DNA from: Halogeometricum borinquense DSM 11551
GTDB lineage: Archaea > Halobacteriota > Halobacteria > Halobacteriales > Haloferacaceae
DNA length: 32,000 bases
Reading direction: 5' to 3'
Assembly: GCF_000172995.2 (NCBI RefSeq)
Contig: NC_014731.1
Span: 30,001 to 62,000 of the forward strand
Shown here: in pieces, positions 18,946-26,719 of the stretch
Layout of the letters: the number at the start of each line of letters is the position of its first letter
Position numbering within the stretch: the stretch's first letter is position 1
Notes under the pieces: model-generated
What the model was told of the DNA's origin: nothing
Database searches by the model: none
The model's input: only the letters and a program-made list of their open reading frames with translations
Made by a program: the position numbers and the translations under genes

Positions 18946-18971
18946 CTCGACTGTCTGACTGATTGGTTCGA

Positions 18972-18979
18972 TTTTTTTT
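18972..18979 (+). terminator. Oligo-T (T8) archaeal-type terminator
   Basis: TTTTTTTT lies downstream of the 18945 stop. Archaeal RNAP terminates at oligo-T tracts. Confidence 0.4.
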
Positions 18980-19017
18980 GCGTTAGCGTATCACAGTTAT
19001 TATCGGCGGCGTGTACG

Positions 19018-19971
19018 TTACTCGCCTGCAAGCTCTTCGGCAGTGGTTGTGAGATCCACTAGCTCATCGACCGCCGGGATTTCTGCTTCAGCATCGGTGA
19101 GAACCTCGATACGCTGCGCAATCTTATCGCGGGCATATTCGACGAGCGGAGCCGAATCCGCTCGGGAGTCCCGATTTGCTTGAAGCGAGTCAGTGACGAG
19201 TGGAAGAAGGGATTGGAGCGTTTCTCGAACAACTGCGTCGTCAACACCGTCCTCGTGAATGAGGGTCCGGACGCTGTGCATTCCGAAACCGACGTGGCGG
19301 CCTTCGTCAGCGCGAATATAACTGATCCCTTCGAGCAGTCCCGGAAGGTGTGGCATTGCATCGGTCGTGTTATGAATCTCAGAGCGACTCTCGCTATACC
19401 GGGCGGTGAAGCCATAGTACGCCGTTTGGGCGAGGACACTTTCAATCACGAGGTGGTAGTGGCAGAATGCTTTCGCACGATTCTCGGGCGTGTCATCGGT
19501 CACTAATCGCTTCATCGCGGTTTCCGTCCGGTCGAACAGTTCGATGTACTGGTCCGAGAAGTACCGCTCGTCAGTCGGACTTGTGGGCTCGTAGCCTCGC
19601 TCCTCGGTGACTGGACGAATGACTTCTCGCCAGTACCGATCGAAAAACTGCGTGTGTTTCGCTTCCTCATAGATCTGGCTGGCGACGAACATTTGGGCGT
19701 CAATGTCGTCAAGAACCAACGCGAGCGGCGCAAGATCTTCTGTAACGGCCTCTTCACCGGCACCGAAGAGCGCAATTTGGGAGCGGAGCAAGTCAAACTG
19801 TTGCTCATCGAGGTCGTCGGTGGTGAGTAGGTTCGTCCGATCTTCCTTAAGGAGTGTTTGAGGGATGTCTTCGGATGGATCCCAATGCCGATACACGGCA
19901 TTCTTGAAGTAACCGTGTGCGAACGAGTCTGGATTAAGCCGATCCTCTCGGCTATCGTCTGCGAGCTTCAT
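19018..19971 (-). CDS. Ribonucleotide reductase R2-like ferritin-fold di-metal protein (R2c/R2lox-like)
   Basis: 317 aa. It has two ExxH motifs (EEAKH at aa 102-106, DEGRH at aa 222-226) plus likely ligand Glu residues at about aa 73-74 and 177. Phe110 occupies the position 4 residues after His106, where class Ia R2 has the radical Tyr. No R1 gene is in the window. Confidence 0.78.
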   Translation of the reverse strand: MKLADDSREDRLNPDSFAHGYFKNAVYRHWDPSEDIPQTLLKEDRTNLLTTDDLDEQQFDLLRSQIALFGAGEEAVTEDLAPLALVLDDIDAQMFVASQIYEEAKHTQFFDRYWREVIRPVTEERGYEPTSPTDERYFSDQYIELFDRTETAMKRLVTDDTPENRAKAFCHYHLVIESVLAQTAYYGFTARYSESRSEIHNTTDAMPHLPGLLEGISYIRADEGRHVGFGMHSVRTLIHEDGVDDAVVRETLQSLLPLVTDSLQANRDSRADSAPLVEYARDKIAQRIEVLTDAEAEIPAVDELVDLTTTAEELAGE

Positions 19972-20388
19972 GCTACAGCCGGACTATGCAGTGCGGAGAA
20001 CAACGGTGAACTGCCTAAGTAAAAAGGTCGCCGCCAAAGAATGCCGGTGTTTGATAGCTGTCGTAATTCATGGTGAACTTGCTATCTATCTTCGTCGGCA
20101 CCGGTAGTACGTTCTGAACTGGGGTTTTCGCTGGGAGTTCCAAACCGATCTCTCACGACGACCGTCCGGGATCGAATGGAACGTGGCAGTGGAACGTCAA
20201 CCTCGAACGAATGACGGGAGTCACGGCTGCAAACGGCTGCGTTTACGCCGGTGAAAGGTGTGGCCCCCGCAGTACGCTGGCACAGATACATGCGTTTGAT
20301 GCGGTGAGTGACGACCGAGGGACTGGCCGTCAACGACTGTTGGACTCCTTCCAGACGATAAATAGCCGCATGAGGTGGTCAGAGCCAG

Positions 20389-21189
20389 TCAGTCTTCCCA
20401 GCGGGATAGCATGACTAGCGCGGCCACGAGTGCAACGAGCGCTGTGCCAACGGTGAATCCGGGAACTTCCGTACTGGCGGTACCAGCATCGGCTGCTTCG
20501 TTGACTTTGTTAGTCGTTGGAGCGCCTACAGCTGTCTCCTCGCTCGCGTCGTCGGTCCGAGTCGGTTCGACGCCCATCTCCGTCATGGTGTTCTCGTCGG
20601 GGCCGGTTTCGCTCGCCGTCGCTGTCACCGCGCCGGCGTTGTCGCTTTCGTCCGCACCACCGGCGGCGTCGATCACGTCGAGTGTCCCCGGGTCAGTTCT
20701 CGGATTGACACTGGATCCGTTATTGTCGTCGAGTCGGTCGATGGTGACACGCAGGCTCGTTTCGCCAGCCTGCTGGCCACGGAGCGTAACCGACCCGAGC
20801 GTCACGTTTGACGCGCCGGGTTCGACGGTCTTGTTCAGGTCGGCCGCCTTCAGTCGGACGGCCGTACCGTCGGCAATACCCTCGACCTCGCCGAGACCGA
20901 ATTCGTCGGCCACCTCCGCATCGACGACTGTCGCGGCGTCGCCGTTCGTCATCTCGACTGTGAGGGCAAATCCGGCGACGCCGTCGGGAGCTTCGGTCAG
21001 CGTGAGGTCAACCGTCGTCTCCTCACCTTCCTCGACACTCGTCCCACCAGCGACGACCGTCGGATCGCTGGCAGCCAGCGCCGGGGCAGCCAATCCCGTG
21101 ACGACGACCGAGAGTGCGAGTCCGGCCGCGAGCCAGCGCGTTGCCGTTCGCACCGTCCCGACATCAGGCATCGTCGCGTCAGATCTCAT
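20389..21189 (-). CDS. Cell-surface cohesin-domain protein with a PGF-CTERM (archaeosortase A) anchor
   Basis: It has a signal-like N-terminus (RWLAAGLALSVVVTGLAAPALAA). Its cohesin-like domain (LTLTEAPDGVAGFALTVEM...) is paralogous to the one in the upstream gene. A Thr/Asp/Glu-rich linker precedes the C-terminal PGFTVGTALVALVAALVMLSRWED. The start is ambiguous: ATG at 21189 (overlaps the upstream stop), ATG at 21171, or GTG at 21273. Confidence 0.8.
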   Translation of the reverse strand: MRSDATMPDVGTVRTATRWLAAGLALSVVVTGLAAPALAASDPTVVAGGTSVEEGEETTVDLTLTEAPDGVAGFALTVEMTNGDAATVVDAEVADEFGLGEVEGIADGTAVRLKAADLNKTVEPGASNVTLGSVTLRGQQAGETSLRVTIDRLDDNNGSSVNPRTDPGTLDVIDAAGGADESDNAGAVTATASETGPDENTMTEMGVEPTRTDDASEETAVGAPTTNKVNEAADAGTASTEVPGFTVGTALVALVAALVMLSRWED

Positions 21190-22906
21190 CGAACAGCGTG
21201 TTGATGTCGTCGAAGTCAACGCGACCGTTGCCGTTGAAGTCGAACGAGTCGGCGTTGGACTGAACGGCGTCACTGTCTCGGTGTTCGAAGAACACCACTA
21301 CATCTTCGAAGTCGGCCTCGCCGTTGCCGTTCATATCCTCGTACAGTCCGTCTCCGTCGGGGTCGGTCGGAAGGTCGTTGTCGCCGATACGGGCGATGTC
21401 GGCGACGGTCACGACGCCGGTGTCGGTCGCGGCGTCGATTGCCGAGCCGTCGGCATCGGAGTCGAGAGCATTCACGGAGAGTGTGACGCCGGTCTCACCC
21501 GCGCTCTGGAGACCGACAGACAGGGTCGCAAGCGATACGTTGGCAGCCCCGCCCTCGACCGCGTCTTCGATGTCCGAGGCTGCCAGCGTCACCGACGAGT
21601 CATCATCAGCAACGGACACCTCAGTCACCCCGCTCGGGAACGCATCTGCCACGGTCGCACTCTCGATAGATGCCACGGCCGCATCGTCAACTGAGACAGT
21701 TACGTCGAAACCGGCGAGACCGTCAGGTGCATCGGATAGTGACAGTTCCGCCGGAACAGTACCGCCGACACCACCGTTCTCAGGGAACGACACCGAGAGG
21801 GTCGGTGATTCGCCGTCGTCACCATCGGAGCCCCCAGAGCCGTCCGTGTTCGGTTCGTAGCTGTCGAACAGACTGAACGCGTCGTCGAAGTTCGTCGTGA
21901 CCGGAATCGACGCGTTCCCGTTCACGTTCGAACTGCCGTCAGTGACCGCGCTTCCGAGTCGAAGGTCGGTGCCGAGTTCGGACGCGAGGCGCTCTAGGTT
22001 TGCCGTCGTGCTGCCCGGCGCGGCGGCGCTCCCGAGTAACACGACTGCACCGTCGTTGGCAGCGAAGTCCGAAAGCGCCGCCACCTCGTCGGCAGTGAAT
22101 TCCGAGACGGGCGTGGTGACGATGATCGCCCGCGCGTCGTCGAGACGCTCGCTGTACGCGGTGTTGACCTGTTCGAGGGTGAGGCCGACACCTTCGAGAT
22201 AGCGCTGGTAGTACGCTGCGTCCTCGCTGGACAGTGCGTAGCCAGCGCCGAATTGGCCGTGTCCGCCGTCGATGAGTACATCTCCGTTCTTATCGGAGAG
22301 AGAGTCGATCAGGTTCGAGAGGAACGTGAAGTTACCGTAACCGCTCGTGTCGGCAGCGAATCCTTCGTCGGCCTCGTAGCTCTCATCGATAAACGGCGAG
22401 CCGACGAGCGCGACGCCAGCGTCGGCATCAACCCCGACGAGCGGAGTGCCGTCCTCGCTCGCAACCGGTACGCGGCCGTCGAGCGAGGCGGAACCGGTCA
22501 CTGCGGCAGCATCGGGGAAGTACAATTCCTGAACCGCACTGTTTCGGATTTCGGCAGCCGTCGAGATATCGCTCTCGTTCCAGAGACCGCGCCCTTCGGT
22601 GCGGGCTGTATGTTCTAAGTCCCAGAACTCGTCGTGACGGGAGAGCGTGGAACCATATACCCGCGCGAGTCCGTCCTCGATCATCTTCGCGTTGTACGTC
22701 GTATCGCGGTTCCCGTCGCCAGTCGCATCGTAGTCAGCGTACGCGAGCACGCGGTCGAACGGATCCCTGACACCCTCGTTCTCATCGAAGTAGATCTCGA
22801 TGGTTTTACCGGAGAGTTCCTCCTCGGCGACCGATGTCGCCTGATTCGCCCAGTTGACGAGGTAGGGGTACTGTACGTCGCTACTGCTGTTGTCCTCACC
22901 GCCACC

Positions 22907-23575
22907 GAAGTACGGGAACGAACTGTCGAACCGCGAGGTGCTGAACTCGAAGTTGCCCTCGCTGTCCACGACCTGCGCGTCGTTGAAGCGGAACGGAGCC
23001 CCCGCCGCGTCGAGGATGTCGTTCGACGCAGTGGTATTATCATAATCCTCGTAATCGGACTTGCCCATCGCGTACACCGCTCCGCCGTCCTCGACGAACG
23101 TCGTGAGCGCGCTGAGTTCGGTGTCGGAGGGTTGCTGAGGCTGGCTGCAGACTACGAGATCGATCCCGGAGAGGTCGGCATCCAGCGAGTCAACGGTGGA
23201 CACGGTGTAGCCGGCACTCTCGGCGTTCGATACGAAGTTCGAGAAGCTGTCGAATCCGTCGAACTGCCCGTTGTCGTACCAGGCGACGGTCGCGTCGCCA
23301 CCGGTCAGGTCGTCCCACACGTTCAGGACGAAATTCGAGGCGTCCGAGTCGAGACTGGCGTCGTTGACGAGAGCGGAACTGACCGCCGCAACGTTGCCGT
23401 CGATTGCCGCGAGCGGAATAGCCGAATCGGGATAGGTAACAGCGTCGCCGTTGCCGTCCTCGTCGTTCACTGCCGAGCCTTCAGGTGCAAGCACCGCGGT
23501 CGTTTCCCCGTCGGTGTACGGTGATCCGTCAGCGGCCAAGAGGGTGGTCGCCGAGTAGAAGTTGAGCGTTGAAAC
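22907..23575 (-). repeat. Intragenic module copy 2, inserted inside the SNase domain
   Basis: VSTLNFYSATTLLAAD...GNGDAVTYPDSAIPLAAIDGNVAAVSSALVNDAS...FVLNVWDD...FRFNDAQVVD...FPYF. A third, more diverged copy lies at about 21866-22459. Confidence 0.7.
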
Positions 23576-23812
23576 CGACCGCACCCCGTCAGTCGTTTCC
23601 TCGTAGGAGAGTCCCTCCCATTCCTCGGGTCGCTCGGCATCCGAAGCACTGGCCGACTCCGGCGTGTCGATGCCGAGGACGCGGATCGACTCTTCCGTGC
23701 CGTCGTCGAACTCCACGTCGAACGTGTCACCGTCGGCAACGGAGATCACATCGACGGTGTACCGCTTGCTCGGATCGAGTTCCGACCCGGAGCTGATCCC
23801 GTCCCGGTCTTC

Positions 23813-24500
23813 GAAGTAGGGGAACTCATCGTTGAACTGGCTCGTCGTCGGGACGTAGTTGACGCCAGTGTTGTTCGTCGCGTCAGTGACCTGCGCGTCG
23901 TTGAAGCGGAAGGAGAGCCCGAGTTCCGAGGCGATCGTGTTGAGGTTGTCAGTCTCGTCGAAGTCGTCGAAGTCGGACTGGTGGTGAAGAAAGACAGCAC
24001 CACCCTCGGCGACGAACGACGAGAGCGCGCTGAGTTCGGCATCAGAGAACGCGTCAGACGGTGACGTGATGACGACTGCACTCGCCCCGCTGAGGTCGGC
24101 CGTCAAGTCACTCGTCGCCTGCACGTCGTACCCGTTCGATTCGGCGTACGTCTCGAACGCACTGAATCGAGCGAGGTTGTAGTACTGACCGTGTCCCTCG
24201 TCCCAGAGTACTGTCCCACCGTCAGCCAAGTCGTCCCAAACGTTCAGGATGAACTCCTCATTGCCGGTCGAAAAGTCTTGGTCGTCGTCGACCAGCATCG
24301 TCCCCGAAGCCGGCGACAGAGCCGTCAACACCGACTAGAGGGATCGACGTTTGGGGATAGCTGACCGCGTCGCCGTTTTCGTCGGCGTCGGTTATCGACG
24401 CCGAGTCCTCCGCCCACACTGCGATCACCGAGTTATCGGTGAGTTGCTCTTGGGAGGCGTCGAGCAACGAGTTCGTCGAGTCGAAAGCCAAGTCCGAGAT
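23813..24500 (-). repeat. Intragenic module copy 1 (about 65-aa leader segment + DUF4350-like domain)
   Basis: ISDLAFDSTNSLLDAS...ENGDAVSYPQTSIPLVGVDGSVAGFG / TMLVDDD...FILNVWDD...FRFNDAQVTD...FPYF aligns along its length with copy 2. Confidence 0.7.
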
Positions 24501-25126
24501 GGTAGTTGCGTTCTGAGTCGTCGTGTCGGATGCCGCACTCGCAGTTCCGCTGATTGAAGCGGCAGCGAGCGTTGCAAGGAAGGTTCGTCGCCTCACGTCT
24601 TTGACCCTCGGCCGTAAAATAATTAAATTAACTAATTAATGTAAATAGACATATAGTGTCAATCATTAATACGGACCGCAACGTTCGACCGAAGAAAGTA
24701 TCTTAAAAACTCGACTGCTCTCAGTAGTACATACCAGACGGTTGAACAGGGTGAAGTAAAAGTATAGGAATAAATTCGAGTCAGCCGAAAACTGAGAATA
24801 CGGACCAGTGTCATCGCCCAGTAGTCAGCGAACGCGCAGCGGTAGTCCGGTGAGAAACCATAGTACTCCTCACAGCAGGAACACCACAGTACGAGAGACT
24901 AAGCGCTGATTCTTGGCGTGCCTGACTGCAGTCCCTAGTTGTGGATCACAACACCGAAAGAGAGAACGAATACACACTATCTATTCGGGACCAAAGACAA
25001 CAAAATACGGGCAGCCTGACGATTTCGATTGCCTGTGTGAACGAGAACAGTGCCGGAAAATCGTCCCGAAGCATTTCCCAGATAAGTGTCAAAGGAAATA
25101 TTTGTGTGGAGGCACTTTTCATCTAT

Positions 25127-25687
25127 ATGAATTGGAACAGTAACCTCAAGACGACGTTCGGAAAGCGCGCAGACGAACCAGTAGTCGTCTCGACGTTCGC
25201 GACGGTCATAACCGGCGTCCTGAGCGCTATCTGGTTTCTCGCAGGGAGTGCTTGGTTCTTCCACGAAAGCACAGTACAGCTCCTAACGTGGACCGGAGCT
25301 GGCGTGGTAGCACTGCTTGGAGTATTGTACATCATTAGTGTCGCTAGCGCTAGCGTGAGTGCGTACATTTTGTGGCGCTTGTTCGCCTCCGAACACAACT
25401 GGAGCTATCTCCGGGGTGGCAGCGTTGGACTTGCGATGGGTGTGCTGTGGCACGTAATAACCGGGTTCGGGTGGTTTATCGTGCTTACCGGTGTGTACAG
25501 TTACCTTTCGATGCACGGAGTCACGACAATCTCGCTGTTCGAACAGGGAACCCTCCTCTACAAAATCACAGCAGGGTGGTTCTCGATAGCGCTCCTCAGC
25601 TTCTGGCTCACGTTCGGACTACCGGTAATTGTTGGAGCCGGGACCGGTCTCGGGTTCACTTACTGCCATAAGAGCACTGCGGAGTGA
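25127..25687 (+). CDS. Hypothetical polytopic membrane protein
   Basis: The track ORF starts at a GTG (24941), but its first 62 codons are AT-rich and non-halophilic. The ATG at 25127 gives a 186-aa protein with about 5 hydrophobic helices. Confidence 0.58.
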   Translation: MNWNSNLKTTFGKRADEPVVVSTFATVITGVLSAIWFLAGSAWFFHESTVQLLTWTGAGVVALLGVLYIISVASASVSAYILWRLFASEHNWSYLRGGSVGLAMGVLWHVITGFGWFIVLTGVYSYLSMHGVTTISLFEQGTLLYKITAGWFSIALLSFWLTFGLPVIVGAGTGLGFTYCHKSTAE

Positions 25688-25730
25688 AACTAGAGAATCC
25701 AATCAACGACGCCCACGGACACGAGAAGCG

Positions 25731-26609
25731 CTACCGACGCCAGTAATCGAGGACAGCACAGGACTCGTCCAGTTCGAAGACGAGCGGCCGATCACCAAGA
25801 TCGATAGTAAGCCGGACCGCTGGTGAGTCACTGGTACAGCAGACGACGTCAGCCACTCTCGCTAGATCGTGCGGTCCGATCTGGGCGTCTGCCAGTCCGA
25901 ATCCGTGGTCTGCGTACAGAGTTTCGACCGCGGGGTGTCCGAGAACTGTATGAGCGACCGGGATCGGATACGACAACCAGCAGGTATCGCACGCGGCAGT
26001 TGCATACGGAACATCGTCGAGAAGGTACGAATCCGGAACAGATTCCCGCGGAAACGAGAGACCAGCAGTACTCCAGCAATGTGGACAGACTCCGTCCTGA
26101 AGGAGTCGCACGTCGCAGGCGTGTTTACGAAGCGAGAGATCGAGAACGTCTTCTATCGTTCGGCCAGTTACCGCCCGGGGTGGAACCGGATAGGCGATTG
26201 CAGCGCCGTGGTCCGGACAGCCGACGTACAGCAGGTGGTCCTGATAGGTTATGACGAGTGACTGCTCGCAGTGTGGGCACTGGTACTCAGTCTGCCGTCG
26301 ATCGACAGTTACTGTCTCACCATCATACGTCCCCGCTCGAATCGCGGACACGATTTCGAGGGCAGCAACTCGCGGCCGGTATTGTCCATCGATCTTACGA
26401 ACGAGTTCGTCTTGCAACGCATCCAGGTGATAGCTAAACCGACTGGTGTCTGCAACGCCGACTCGTTCGCGCAACTGCGAAAACGAAAGCCACCCAGACG
26501 ACCACGCCTCGTCGTACTGGTCCGCAAGCGCGAAGAGGATTTGAACACGTGTCTCATCTGTCAACGCCGCATACGTGTCGTCGTACGAACTGCCACCTAA
26601 ATCCGCCAT
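25731..26609 (-). CDS. Winged-helix (ArsR-like) regulator with a Cys-rich zinc-ribbon-like C-terminal domain
   Basis: The ATG at 26609 (MADLGGSSYDD...) is preferred over the upstream GTG/TTG. The HTH region is TRVQILFALAD...FSQLRERVGVADTSRFSYHLDAL. The C-terminal domain carries CPHC...C and CPHC...CDTC cysteine clusters. Confidence 0.7.
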   Translation of the reverse strand: MADLGGSSYDDTYAALTDETRVQILFALADQYDEAWSSGWLSFSQLRERVGVADTSRFSYHLDALQDELVRKIDGQYRPRVAALEIVSAIRAGTYDGETVTVDRRQTEYQCPHCEQSLVITYQDHLLYVGCPDHGAAIAYPVPPRAVTGRTIEDVLDLSLRKHACDVRLLQDGVCPHCWSTAGLSFPRESVPDSYLLDDVPYATAACDTCWLSYPIPVAHTVLGHPAVETLYADHGFGLADAQIGPHDLARVADVVCCTSDSPAVRLTIDLGDRPLVFELDESCAVLDYWRR

Positions 26610-26719
26610 ACTCCAGATTTCTGATTCTGCATGGTACGTGTTCCGATTTGATATGTCAATTACACAACTTAATAGCCATCCAGATAACACTTACAACCGG
26701 ATAGAGAGAGTCCACGAGT

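Larger units (their letters stand above)
21179..24596 (-). pseudogene. Frameshifted gene for a roughly 1140-aa Tat-secreted multidomain nuclease: 3 x DUF4350-like modules, split SNase (thermonuclease) domain, cohesin, dockerin
   Basis: - ORF 24258-24596 (GTG start, MRRRTFLATLAAASISGTASAAS) and ORF 21179-24331 join if one G is removed from a GGGG run (24302-24305).
- SNase motifs: ADGDTFDV...IRVLGIDTPE, and about 270 aa later DPFDRVLAYADY...GLARVY...RGLWN.
- Cohesin at about 21404-21805.
- Dockerin repeats DMNGNGEADFEDVVVFF and DFNGNGRVDFDDINTLF at 21182-21379. Confidence 0.8.

Noticed and set aside
20082-20333. 83-aa ORF (-) in the 417-bp spacer between the R2-like gene and the cohesin-anchor gene
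   Set aside because: It is a basic Arg/Ser/Thr-rich product unlike the acidic proteome, with no promoter or motif. I could not identify an RNA gene in the spacer either.
20375-21694. 439-aa ORF on the + strand spanning the cohesin-anchor gene and the end of the nuclease gene
   Set aside because: - It is a Ser/Thr/Val/Ala/Pro low-complexity product with no acidic bias.
- It is exactly antisense to two ORFs that have clear domain content (cohesin, dockerin, PGF-CTERM).
- This is a typical shadow ORF of GC-rich, GAC/GTC-rich coding DNA.
24941-25126. GTG-initiated N-terminal extension of the membrane protein ORF (first 62 codons)
   Set aside because: - The extension is AT-rich, polar and non-halophilic, with no hydrophobic segment.
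- The ATG at 25127 is preceded by an AT-rich TATA-like stretch and starts right before the first helix.
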